From a virus (Duplodnaviria; Caudoviricetes): 24,309 bases of DNA. The stretch's first letter is position 1. Each line of letters opens with the position of its first letter. Positions 9,162 to 17,783 of the stretch are shown here, piece after piece. A program made the position numbers and the translations under genes. The stretch spans positions 1 to 24,309 of the IMG/VR virus record IMGVR_UViG_3300020192_000081; one strand, given 5' to 3'. Below the pieces are notes generated by a model. That model was not told the DNA's origin and made no database searches. It saw only the letters and a program-made list of their open reading frames with translations.

Positions 9162-9608
9162 TCAGATGAGGTTCCACATGTTGGAATTGACGTTGTAGTA
9201 GCCGTGGATCGACACGATGAAGCCGGGGTCGTCGCCGGCGAAGCTCATCTCACGCACCGATGCGATCGCGGTGTTGAAGAAGTCGTAATTCGGGAAGCCG
9301 ACCGCATCGGGGATCAGCTGCAGCGGCCCCAGGCGAGCGTCCAGCTCCATCCTTTGCTTGTAGAGCATGGCCAGCTGCTGCGTCTTCAGCAGGTGGACGG
9401 TCAGGTTCGCGATCATGTAGGGCTCGGGGCTGGTGACAGCGCCGGTCATGGTCGGCACGAACAGCGTGGACTCGCCCTGGAGCGCCAGCGAGATGCCGGC
9501 CTTGCCCAAAAAGGCGGCCGTCACGTTGAGGGAGGGGAAAGCGGCCAGCACCAACGAGCCGCGGATGCGGTTCAGCGTGCCCTGGTCCTGCAACGGGTTG
9601 GCGGCCAT
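9162..9608 (-). CDS. Tail tube protein (148 aa)
   Basis: Size and position right after the sheath; AGGAG RBS; beta-rich with TMTGAVTSPEPY. Confidence 0.75.
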   Translation of the reverse strand: MAANPLQDQGTLNRIRGSLVLAAFPSLNVTAAFLGKAGISLALQGESTLFVPTMTGAVTSPEPYMIANLTVHLLKTQQLAMLYKQRMELDARLGPLQLIPDAVGFPNYDFFNTAIASVREMSFAGDDPGFIVSIHGYYNVNSNMWNLI

Positions 9609-9641
9609 CGTGTGTGCTCCTGGTGGGTGCGGCGCAGCGGA

Positions 9642-10958
9642 TTAGGCGGCTGGGAAGTCGGTCACGTTGATGTTGAAGATGATCTCGGTGAACCCGCGCG
9701 CCGGCGTGTACGTCACCGACAGGCCTGCGTATTTGCCGATCGGATAGTCGCTGGGGTTGGTGAGCACGTAGGAGGGGAAGTCCACCGCCTCCACCGTGAC
9801 CGGCGCCAGCACCAGGCCGTAGGAGATGCCGCGATTCATCGTGGCCTGCGCGCGCGCTTGCAGCCGGTTGATGCCGTTCTGGTCGTAGTAGAGCGGGTTG
9901 ATCGGGTTGTTGCTGCCGTTGATGATGTCATTGGCCAGGTCGAGCGCCACGTTGATCTGCGTCCAGTCGACCGAATACCAGTAGCTCGCATCGCGGCCGT
10001 CCATCGTCGTGCCCCACAGCAGCACGGTGTTGGTGATCCCGCCCTCGGCGCCGGTCCCGACCCAATTGACGTGTGCCGCCTTGAGCGCAGCGAACAGCGC
10101 GCCGTTGCCGCGCAGGGGATATGCGGTCACCCCGTAGAGATACCGGAACGCGGCCGGCGCCACCTTGTTCGTGCTGCTGGGGTTGTTGTTCAACCAGGTG
10201 TAGAAGGCCGCGGCCAGGGATAGCTCCGCCAGCGGCGTCAGCGGCGCTTCGACCATGCCGACGACGCCCTTCATGGTGGCGTCGAAGCTCGCGTAGTTCC
10301 CCGTCGTCATCGTGACCCAGAAGTAGGTTTTCGATGTGGTGGATGAGAAAGTCGCCATGTACGTGACGAAGGTGGAGTCCCACGCGAAGTTGCGCGGCGT
10401 GAGGTAGGCGTAGATTTCCTGGGGCACGCTGGCAGCGATGAACGCCTGCAGGGCGACCACTGCGTTGAAGGTCTGCACGTTGCCCAGCTCGAGCACATAG
10501 ACGCTGACCGCTGTGCCCTGCGCGAAGAAGGTGGCGTTCATCGCGATCAGGGTGGAGCGGCCGAGGGGCGCCCATGCGCCCTGGACGGTGACAGCGCCGG
10601 GGTTCGCGACCAGCGGGAATGTGAAGGTGCTGGCACCAGTGATGGTGCAAATGCGGTCGACGCCGTCGTACGCCACGGGTGTGACGCCGGCGATCGTGAT
10701 GTTGAGCACTTCGGTGTTGGTCATCCCGTGCGGCGCAGCGGTGGTGACGGTCACGACGCTGCCCGACCAAGTCATCGAGGTAATGGCCGCGAGCGGCCGC
10801 AGGATGGCAGCCAGGTCGCCCACCGCGGTCAGCAGGGTCGTCGTGCCCGGCGCAGTGGTGGTGCCGCCCTGGCTGACGAATGCGCCGGTGCGCTGCAGGG
10901 TAGATGGCGCCGGTGCAATCGTCTGGGAGACGTTGACCGTGACGATGCGGTTGGCCAT
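9642..10958 (-). CDS. Contractile tail sheath protein (438 aa) with an inserted beta-domain
   Basis: Starts MANRIVTVNVSQTIAPAP after a GGAGG RBS (start corrected from 11027); C-terminal WYSVDW, YYDQNGINRL, FTEIIFNINV typical of sheath proteins. Confidence 0.8.
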   Translation of the reverse strand: MANRIVTVNVSQTIAPAPSTLQRTGAFVSQGGTTTAPGTTTLLTAVGDLAAILRPLAAITSMTWSGSVVTVTTAAPHGMTNTEVLNITIAGVTPVAYDGVDRICTITGASTFTFPLVANPGAVTVQGAWAPLGRSTLIAMNATFFAQGTAVSVYVLELGNVQTFNAVVALQAFIAASVPQEIYAYLTPRNFAWDSTFVTYMATFSSTTSKTYFWVTMTTGNYASFDATMKGVVGMVEAPLTPLAELSLAAAFYTWLNNNPSSTNKVAPAAFRYLYGVTAYPLRGNGALFAALKAAHVNWVGTGAEGGITNTVLLWGTTMDGRDASYWYSVDWTQINVALDLANDIINGSNNPINPLYYDQNGINRLQARAQATMNRGISYGLVLAPVTVEAVDFPSYVLTNPSDYPIGKYAGLSVTYTPARGFTEIIFNINVTDFPAA

Positions 10959-10966
10959 GGGCTGAG

Positions 10967-11013
10967 CCTCCAGGGGCTGTGCGATCAGGGATGCGCGGCG
11001 ACAGCCCCGGAGG
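10967..11013 (-). promoter_or_regulatory. Inverted repeat that pairs with the sheath gene Shine-Dalgarno sequence
   Basis: Plus strand CCTCC-A-GGGGCTGT (10967-10980) and ACAGCCCCGGAGG (11001-11013) form a 13 bp stem with one bulge that includes the whole GGAGG on the mRNA. Confidence 0.5.
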
Positions 11014-11030
11014 GATGCCGCCGGCAATCA

Positions 11031-11435
11031 TCAGGTGACGACGCGGGTCAGCTCCGTCGAGGTGAACGTCTGGGTGGCTGTGCCCGTGATGGAGACGATC
11101 CCGAGGAACGGCTCGGTGGGGAACACGCTGTTGAGGAACAGCGTGCCGCCGGGGATGACCTGGACGCCGCGCCCGGCCGCGGTGGTGCCGAACGCGACCA
11201 GCATAAATGCGGCGCCGTGGTTGCTGATCGAGCCCCCGACAGCGCGCGCAGGGTTGGCGTCCATCGCCACTTGGAATGTACCGGTCACCCCGATGGTGCC
11301 GAGCGCCTCAGCGACGGTCAGCGTGACCTGCGGCGCATCCTGGGTGACAATCAGCGCACCGGCGCTGTCGACTGCCAGCGTCATGGGAATGCCGTTGCGC
11401 ATACCGACGAGGACTTGGGAGGGATTCTGAGGCAT
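11031..11435 (-). CDS. Small beta-rich virion-associated protein (134 aa)
   Basis: AAGGAG RBS; C-terminal half resembles the 115 aa protein at 668-1015. Confidence 0.65.
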   Translation of the reverse strand: MPQNPSQVLVGMRNGIPMTLAVDSAGALIVTQDAPQVTLTVAEALGTIGVTGTFQVAMDANPARAVGGSISNHGAAFMLVAFGTTAAGRGVQVIPGGTLFLNSVFPTEPFLGIVSITGTATQTFTSTELTRVVT

Positions 11436-11462
11436 GGGTGGCGCTCCTTGCGCTGATGACGA

Positions 11463-11831
11463 TCAGGAACCCGCCGATACCACGCCCGACGATGCGATGC
11501 ACTCTGCTTCCGCAATGTCCTGGACAAAGGCGGGAATGCATGCATGCACGATCCGCCAGCTGCGGAATGCAGCGACGATCGCATTCAGGTGCTGCCAGTC
11601 GGCGTCTTCCAGCAGGATGGCGTTATCGCCGCGGGCCACGGCAGCTTCGACCGGACCAATGATCCGCAGCATCTTCTGGATCTCCGACAGCGGCAGTCCG
11701 CGCTCGGCGGCGGCGGCGTTGATCACGCCGATGATGTTGGAAGCATAAGCGAACGGGATGTCCGCCGCGTCCTCGGGCTGGCCTGGCAGACGGATATTCA
11801 AGGTCTTGAGCGGGATGCTGCGCATGGTCAT
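11463..11831 (-). CDS. Probable fibre assembly chaperone (122 aa)
   Basis: Small helical protein (LLEDADWQHL) coupled by ATGA overlap to the preceding fibre-like gene; function from position. Confidence 0.5.
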   Translation of the reverse strand: MTMRSIPLKTLNIRLPGQPEDAADIPFAYASNIIGVINAAAAERGLPLSEIQKMLRIIGPVEAAVARGDNAILLEDADWQHLNAIVAAFRSWRIVHACIPAFVQDIAEAECIASSGVVSAGS

Positions 11832-13156
11832 GATGCTTTCAGGAGGGGCAGCACGTAGCTGCTGCCGTTGACGGTCACTTGCATGAAGAGGTCTGCATTG
11901 GCGGGCATCGCGCCCCCTGTGCCAGCCGCGGCGGATGCCTGGGTCGTGCTGCCGATCTCAAGGCGGCCGCCCGCTCGGGCGCGCAGAGCCAGGTTCAGGT
12001 TGCTGCCGGTGCCCGCCGCCTCAATCGCAGCAGCGGCGCCGGTCGCTGCGGGGATCACGGTGACCGAATTCGCCACGTTCGGAACGGTGGCGACTGAAAA
12101 CCCGACTGCGTTGTTGGGCTGCAGGAACAGCAGGCCACCGTCTTGGGCCTGGATCGACACGGCAAAGTCCGGGCTCGAAATAGTCGATGTGATGAACATC
12201 GTCCGCGCGCCGTTGCCGTCGACGCCGGCGGCATACCACGACACCAGATGGCCCCTTGCCATGATGATCGCTTCGCCGAAACCGGTGACCCCATCCGCGC
12301 CGGTCAGCGCGCCCTTCTCAAAGACGATGCCGACGTTGAACGTGCTGCCGTTCGGGACGATCGCGAGGGCTGAGATGGCCGGCTGCGGGCTGAGGTTCTG
12401 ACCGCCGCCCGAGCCCAGCCGCAGCGCCTGCGCACTGCCGAGCTGCAGCTCGCGGTAGGGCGTTGGGTAGGCGTTCGGCACCCCTGAGAGGTTCATCGCC
12501 TCGAACTCGGCAGCGTAGGCGATCGAAACTGTGCCAGGGTAGACGTGAGCCTCAGAGTAAAAGCCATACGCGTCGAAGTAGGCGTCCGGCCACGTGCCGG
12601 GGTTGTTCGCGATGGCGAACGCAGCCACACCGATCGTGATCTGGGTGGTGTTGGCCGCGATCGGGTCCAGGTCCAGGGTCTGCGACCCGACAGTGAGCGC
12701 GATAGTGCCGACGCGCGACGTGATGGCTGCCGTGGCATTGAATACGGGCCAGTTGAGCAGCAAGGACAGCCAGTCCTTCGTGACGTTCGGCTTCGCTGCG
12801 TCGTTGGCGACGGCGCCGCCGACCAGCAGCCGATCGTTCATCCGCAGCACGGTCGCGCCGTCATCGGACCAGAATGCACCAGTGGGCGGTGCGGTGAATG
12901 AGCCGCCGGGCGCGACGATCAGCGTGGCGAACTGCCCATACCCCGCGGCGCTGCCGCCGATCGCGACGTTGTTGAGCGTGCCACCGGTAATGGCCGCCGC
13001 TGCTGGGTTCTGCGTCGCCATGCCGCCCAGCCCGAGATTGCCGCGTGCGGCGGGCTTGTTCGGCACATCGGCGAGGTTCGCATCCCGCACCAGCCGCGCC
13101 TGCAGCTGCGTGTTGACGTCCTGAGCGGTGGCCAGGTTGCCGGGCGCGATCGTCAT
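11828..13156 (-). CDS. Fibre/spike-like protein in the neck region (442 aa)
   Basis: NLADVPNKPAARGNLGLG fibre motif, AITGGTLNNVAIG, beta-rich body, C-terminal NLNLALRARAGG and VTVNGSSYVLPL. Start set at ATG 13156 by the ATGA overlap with the upstream stop. Confidence 0.65.
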   Translation of the reverse strand: MTIAPGNLATAQDVNTQLQARLVRDANLADVPNKPAARGNLGLGGMATQNPAAAAITGGTLNNVAIGGSAAGYGQFATLIVAPGGSFTAPPTGAFWSDDGATVLRMNDRLLVGGAVANDAAKPNVTKDWLSLLLNWPVFNATAAITSRVGTIALTVGSQTLDLDPIAANTTQITIGVAAFAIANNPGTWPDAYFDAYGFYSEAHVYPGTVSIAYAAEFEAMNLSGVPNAYPTPYRELQLGSAQALRLGSGGGQNLSPQPAISALAIVPNGSTFNVGIVFEKGALTGADGVTGFGEAIIMARGHLVSWYAAGVDGNGARTMFITSTISSPDFAVSIQAQDGGLLFLQPNNAVGFSVATVPNVANSVTVIPAATGAAAAIEAAGTGSNLNLALRARAGGRLEIGSTTQASAAAGTGGAMPANADLFMQVTVNGSSYVLPLLKAS

Positions 13157-14238
13157 GACCAGGTGGTCCCCTTCCCCCAAAAGAAGTCGTTCCAGCGGCC
13201 GGCGTCGGGCGTCACGCCCCCCTGGAAACTATAGGTGACGAACGCAGAAAGGATCATCTGCCTCGCCATGTCGCGCGCTGTCGCCTGGAGGTAATTCACC
13301 TCGTATTCGATCGTCTTCTTCTGCGCCAGGACACCCATCTCGATCTGCGGCTGCTTGTCATCGCGCGGCACTGGCATGTTCATGATGCCCAGTTTGGCGG
13401 AATTCCGGAACTGCCACTGCACGTAGTCGCAGAGGTCCAGCACCGCGGCGTTGCGCAGGCCATAGGTCGTCAGCCGCACTTTCTCCTGCACAAGCTGGCT
13501 GTGGCTCTGGGTGCGGTTGAGGATCGGCGCGGAGCTGATCGCCTGCGTCGAATCGGGGAACACATGCACCGCCACGTACGGCGGCGGCAGGTCGGCCGGC
13601 ACCAGGAACGACGGAAGAACGGGCCAGGGCAGACCGCCCAGGCCGAGCATCGGGATATAGGGGTTCACCAAGTCCAGCCAGATCGGCAGCGAGTTGGAGA
13701 CCACCAGATCAGGCGAGAACGACAGCAGATCGTCGATGATCTGCGTCTCCATCGTCGAGAGGATCGCGTTGCCCTCGTAGTGATGGATTTTGGCCTGCTC
13801 GTAATACATGCCGCGCTGCGCGAAGCTGAAACGTATGTCCTGCCAGTCGCCAATATACATTACCGTGGGCGAAATATCGTTGAAGTCCTTGATTTCTTCC
13901 TCGCTGGTGAACAGCACGCGGTTCAGCGACGCGCTATCGTCCTCTTGCTGGACCGCCTGGCTCATGTAGTGCAACGAGCCATGCGCCACCACGATCGGTG
14001 CAGAGAATATCTGATCCGGCACGGCGTTGTAGGAGACGGCGTTGAACCGGTGCGCATTGAACAGCGCCGATGGGCTGGCGAGGTCGGCCCTGACCCAAAA
14101 CACCGAGCCGTCGATCGGCAGCGCCAGGCGCACGTATTTCGTGAAGGTGATCGTCTGCTTTTCCGAGAGCACGCGCTCGCCGGCTTGGATCGTGGACGCC
14201 AGCTGGTGGCGCGCCCGCGCGGACTCGCTGGCCGACAT
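13153..14238 (-). CDS. Head closure/tail completion protein (361 aa)
   Basis: In the neck gene block, clean coding frame; function from gene order only. Confidence 0.55.
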   Translation of the reverse strand: MSASESARARHQLASTIQAGERVLSEKQTITFTKYVRLALPIDGSVFWVRADLASPSALFNAHRFNAVSYNAVPDQIFSAPIVVAHGSLHYMSQAVQQEDDSASLNRVLFTSEEEIKDFNDISPTVMYIGDWQDIRFSFAQRGMYYEQAKIHHYEGNAILSTMETQIIDDLLSFSPDLVVSNSLPIWLDLVNPYIPMLGLGGLPWPVLPSFLVPADLPPPYVAVHVFPDSTQAISSAPILNRTQSHSQLVQEKVRLTTYGLRNAAVLDLCDYVQWQFRNSAKLGIMNMPVPRDDKQPQIEMGVLAQKKTIEYEVNYLQATARDMARQMILSAFVTYSFQGGVTPDAGRWNDFFWGKGTTWS

Positions 14239-14241
14239 GCC

Positions 14242-14727
14242 TCAGTCCACCCAGGCCATGAACGAGGCCTGGTACAGCCCGGTGTCGCGGAACGACGGCC
14301 GCCGCTTGCCGCGGCGCTTCTTCAGCCGGCTGTTCACGCCCATCAGCGCCGCCCGGGTCGGCACGCCGGGATATCCCAGCGTCTCCATGGTCCGCTTGCT
14401 GATGAACTGCTTGAACCGCTTCTGGATCTCGCTGGTGGCGCCGAGGAATGGGTTTGCACCCACTGGCGCGCCCATCAGCGTGCTCTCCATGGCGTCCTCT
14501 ATCGACTCCCGCAGTGCAGCCTGCACCCCGCCGTCGACCTCGTAGAATATCTCCATGACGTGGTAGCGATCCTCGAGCCAGCGGGCGACCATGGCTGTCG
14601 TGACCGGCGGACGGACCTTCTTGGGCGGGGGCCCGGCTTTGCCGCGGCGCTTCGGGTCGGCTGCCTTCTTGCCGCCGTCCCAGCTGGTGTAGGGCTGGTC
14701 GATGACGCCCAGGTGCAGGGTGATCAC
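14242..14727 (-). CDS. Neck/tail completion protein (161 aa)
   Basis: GTG start overlapping the upstream TGA (GTGA); MITLHLGVIDQPY...RPSFRDTGLYQASF, with the DTG motif seen in neck proteins. Confidence 0.65.
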   Translation of the reverse strand: MITLHLGVIDQPYTSWDGGKKAADPKRRGKAGPPPKKVRPPVTTAMVARWLEDRYHVMEIFYEVDGGVQAALRESIEDAMESTLMGAPVGANPFLGATSEIQKRFKQFISKRTMETLGYPGVPTRAALMGVNSRLKKRRGKRRPSFRDTGLYQASFMAWVD

Positions 14728-15173
14728 GTCAGGCCCCACAGCGGCCCGTAGGACTGCGCCCAGGCCAGATACTGGCGACCGTAGGGTGTTTTCAGGTTCT
14801 GCAGGTTGGCGAGCGTGAAGTCCTTCATCTGCTCCGGGTTGAGCAGGCTGGTGCTGGTGCCGCTGTCGCTGGACGATGTGACGACGCCCGGGGCGAAGGC
14901 GAAGGTCGCGAAGCTGCCGCGCAGCTCCGACCAATATGTCGAGGGCGGCACGTCGGGAGCGAAATTCACCAGGTTGTCGCCGGCGAGGTTGTAGACGGCG
15001 AGCATGTAGATCGGCGGCACCGCGGCCAGCTCTGGGTTCACAATGGCGATCGCCACGTCGTAGGCGTAGGCGATGAATATGCTGTCGTCGGGCAGCGCAT
15101 CGACCGGCACGCCCATCCTGGAACGCACCCAGAGCAGGAAGCCGGCTTGCGTGGGGATGGTGCTGCCCGACAT
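14724..15173 (-). CDS. Head-tail adaptor, DUF4054-like (149 aa)
   Basis: C-terminal LKTPYGRQYL motif; position two genes after the capsid gene. Confidence 0.7.
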   Translation of the reverse strand: MSGSTIPTQAGFLLWVRSRMGVPVDALPDDSIFIAYAYDVAIAIVNPELAAVPPIYMLAVYNLAGDNLVNFAPDVPPSTYWSELRGSFATFAFAPGVVTSSSDSGTSTSLLNPEQMKDFTLANLQNLKTPYGRQYLAWAQSYGPLWGLT

Positions 15174-15182
15174 GGCCTGTCG

Positions 15183-15704
15183 CTATGCAGCGCGGCGTCG
15201 GCCGCCGCGGCTCGTGCCGGGCGTAGGCGGTTTGCCCGCGCCATTGGCGGCCACGCGGATGCCTTCGTTCACGGCCAAGACGCCGCCGTCCGTGCGTTCC
15301 TCCTGGATGGTCATTTCCAGCGAGGTGAGTCCGGCTTCGGGGTGATTCTGCTGAACCATGCCGGCCACAGCCACCGCAGCATGCTGGCGCAGCATGCGGC
15401 CACGCTCCTCCAGCACCTCCTGGTTCGAGGCCAGCGCGCGCCGGATCTTCTCGACAGCGATCGGCTTGTCGACCGAGTAGCAGATGCCGACGAAGTCGCG
15501 GGTGCGGTCGATCTCTTCGACCGGGATCAGCCCGTAGCGCCGGTGCTGCTCCTCCAGATACTCCACGTCCTCGGTGTTCCACTCGCCGGGCAGAGAGACC
15601 TGCTGGCCGACATCGATCGGCATGCGACGCGCCTCTTTGCCGCCAATCGAGCGCCACTGGAAATCTTGGACCTGGCGGGTGGTGTTGGCGATATAGACTC
15701 TCAT
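15183..15704 (-). CDS. Hypothetical virion morphogenesis protein (173 aa)
   Basis: Clean ORF directly after the major capsid gene, MRVYIANTT start. Confidence 0.65.
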   Translation of the reverse strand: MRVYIANTTRQVQDFQWRSIGGKEARRMPIDVGQQVSLPGEWNTEDVEYLEEQHRRYGLIPVEEIDRTRDFVGICYSVDKPIAVEKIRRALASNQEVLEERGRMLRQHAAVAVAGMVQQNHPEAGLTSLEMTIQEERTDGGVLAVNEGIRVAANGAGKPPTPGTSRGGRRRAA

Positions 15705-15825
15705 GGGGAAGCCTTTTGTGGCGGCCCAGCGCGGCCGTGGCGGGGAGGGTGGCCAGGCCGGGGGCTTCGCCCCGGCTCTGCGCCGCCCCGGCGCGTAGGG
15801 CGCGCGGGGCGGCCTACTGCGCGGC

Positions 15826-16848
15826 TCAGGCGTATGGCATGCTCATGATTGTGACCGCCTCGGGCCGCACGCCCCAGCCGCTGGTGATGCGCAGCTCGGA
15901 GAGGACATCAATCGCGCCGCCAGGCAGGGGCGTCGGGATTTCCCGGGGCGCCGCCATGTCGCAATACATCAGCGTGCACGCCTCGATGCCCGGCGCGAGC
16001 TTCGCGAACACGTTCGTATTCACGCCGCGCACGGTGGGCTTCTTGACCTTCGGCATTGTCATGATGACCGCGTCGGTGCCGCCGGCGCCTTTGCCGACCA
16101 GCGTGTCGTCATACGTCCAGATGATGGTGTCGCCGTTCATGTCGGCGACATCCTTGACCATGCCGGCGGTGGTCTGGCTGCCGGCGCCGATGCGCTGGAA
16201 TTGCGTCAGCTGCACGATATTCTGGTATTCCATCACGGACAGGGTGCGCTGCGGCCCGCAGATGGTGATCTCCTGGCCCAGGCCGAGCTGCATCGTGCGG
16301 GTCTTCAGCGCGGCCAGCTGCGCCAAGATCCACACGCCCAGCTGCCCATTGTCGTACGTCAGCACCGTGGTGTTGCCGTTGCTGTCGGCAGGCAGGGTGG
16401 TGGCGGTGGCGCCGGCGGTGTTCAACAGGCCTTCGCCGTTGGCCGGGTTGAAGCCGTCGAGCAGCGCCGAGCGCATCAGCTGGAAATGGCCCTGCTGCAT
16501 GCCCAGACGCTGCGCGCTCTCGATCGGCACGCCCCAGCGGGACATCGCCGCGGTGTCGTGGTGGTCGTACTCGCCGCGGACGCGCAGCAGATAGGTCGGC
16601 GTGCTGATCATCGACATGATGGTCGAGACGGACGGCAGCGAGTTGTAGGCGGCCTGGCCGGCGGCCATCTGCGTGCGCAGCTGGATTTGCTTCAGGTACA
16701 CGAACAGGTCGCCGTCGCTGAGGCGCGCGAGTGGCTGGCCCTCGCAGATCAGATCGAATGCGCCGGAAGCCTGGGCATAGGGCAGCAGCAAGCCAGGCTC
16801 GATGAAGGACGGATTTACCGTCACGAATGCGGGGGCAATGTTGGCCAC
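15826..16848 (-). CDS. Major capsid protein, DUF2184-like/HK97 fold (340 aa)
   Basis: AGGAG RBS, GTG start; GEGLLN motif and C-terminal ITSGWGVRPEAV; size and position after protease/scaffold and decoration genes. Confidence 0.8.
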   Translation of the reverse strand: MANIAPAFVTVNPSFIEPGLLLPYAQASGAFDLICEGQPLARLSDGDLFVYLKQIQLRTQMAAGQAAYNSLPSVSTIMSMISTPTYLLRVRGEYDHHDTAAMSRWGVPIESAQRLGMQQGHFQLMRSALLDGFNPANGEGLLNTAGATATTLPADSNGNTTVLTYDNGQLGVWILAQLAALKTRTMQLGLGQEITICGPQRTLSVMEYQNIVQLTQFQRIGAGSQTTAGMVKDVADMNGDTIIWTYDDTLVGKGAGGTDAVIMTMPKVKKPTVRGVNTNVFAKLAPGIEACTLMYCDMAAPREIPTPLPGGAIDVLSELRITSGWGVRPEAVTIMSMPYA

Positions 16849-16902
16849 TGGCGGGGGTCTCCTGGTCGCCGGCCGGTGGCCGGGATGCGATGGGGGGCGG
16901 CG

Positions 16903-16926
16903 GCCGGGCGGGTGCTACCGCCCGGC
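16903..16926. other. GC-rich intergenic hairpin upstream of the major capsid gene
   Basis: GCCGGGCGG-gtgcta-CCGCCCGGC, perfect 9 bp stem, no U-tract on either side; more likely an mRNA stability/processing element than a terminator. Confidence 0.45.
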
Positions 16927-16933
16927 TGACGGG

Positions 16934-17782
16934 TCAGATGAGGATGATCGCAGCGGCGCCGGCGCCATTCCATGTGGCGAAGCGCGTGACGGGATCGAAC
17001 ACGACCACCATGCTGGTGCCGAGCTGCATGCTGAGCACGCGCACGTTCAGCGCGCCGCCACCGGCCGCCAGAGTCCCCTGCACGGTATCGGCGCCGGGGT
17101 CGGGCGTCAGCGCATAGACGATGGTGGAGCCAGTGGTGCCGGCGATGGCGGTGAATGTGCCATTGTAGCCGGCCGGCACGAAGCCCCCGACCGTGAACAC
17201 CGAGCCGACCCCCAGGCCGTGTGGGCTGGTGGTGGTCAGCGTCACCGCGCCGGCCGACCAGACGGCGTTGGTGATGACGTTGGCGGCGTAGGCAGCCACG
17301 AACGGCACCAGGCGCTGCTGCGCAAAGTCCCATGAGACCTGGGCGTTGATGACACCGCCGCCGAGCGACGCCAGCACGGGGTCCGCAGCCACCGCGATGC
17401 GCGCGCCCGAGCCCAGGCGGTAGAGGTTCATCGTCGCGCCGATGCCGACCAGGGGAACGGGCGACTGCGGCGTGTTGATGGCGCTGTGGTTCTGATCAAA
17501 CACCGAGAAGCCGGTCAGCGCCACCGTACCGGTGAGCAGAGCAGCGCGCCGGATGGAGCCTCCGAACGTGCCGGCGGCGGTCATCGGCGAGGACGGGACC
17601 GCCTCGCTGATGCCGACCCCGCCCCACATGGGGAGCGTCTCGGTGGTGGCCAGCACGCCGCCGGCCAGCGCGCCGCGCACGGACGGACTGTCGAGCGCAG
17701 TGCCTTGGATCAGGCCGGTCCATCCGGTGCCAAAGGAGCCGCGGGCGTTCGTCGTCTGCGTCGGGTTGAAGGACAGGGACAT
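16934..17782 (-). CDS. Head decoration/cement protein (282 aa) with an inserted beta-domain
   Basis: Between scaffold and major capsid; beta-rich, PMWGGVGISE and YRLGSGARIAV; insertion with a TTTSPHGL motif. Confidence 0.65.
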   Translation of the reverse strand: MSLSFNPTQTTNARGSFGTGWTGLIQGTALDSPSVRGALAGGVLATTETLPMWGGVGISEAVPSSPMTAAGTFGGSIRRAALLTGTVALTGFSVFDQNHSAINTPQSPVPLVGIGATMNLYRLGSGARIAVAADPVLASLGGGVINAQVSWDFAQQRLVPFVAAYAANVITNAVWSAGAVTLTTTSPHGLGVGSVFTVGGFVPAGYNGTFTAIAGTTGSTIVYALTPDPGADTVQGTLAAGGGALNVRVLSMQLGTSMVVVFDPVTRFATWNGAGAAAIILI

Positions 17783-17783
17783 G

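Noticed and set aside
2130-10958. Extracellular contractile injection system, tailocin or T6SS
   Set aside because: The tail genes are continuous with capsid, protease and head-tail genes, so a complete phage virion is the simpler reading.
14728-15657. 471 aa ORF (14242-15657) as a single gene
   Set aside because: The upstream part is Arg/Gly-rich shadow sequence over two better genes; the real gene starts at GTG 14727.
15705-15825. GC-rich hairpins after the major capsid gene as an intrinsic terminator
   Set aside because: Stems exist (e.g. GGGGC-TTC-GCCCC) but no U-tract follows on the coding strand, and such stems arise easily at this GC content.
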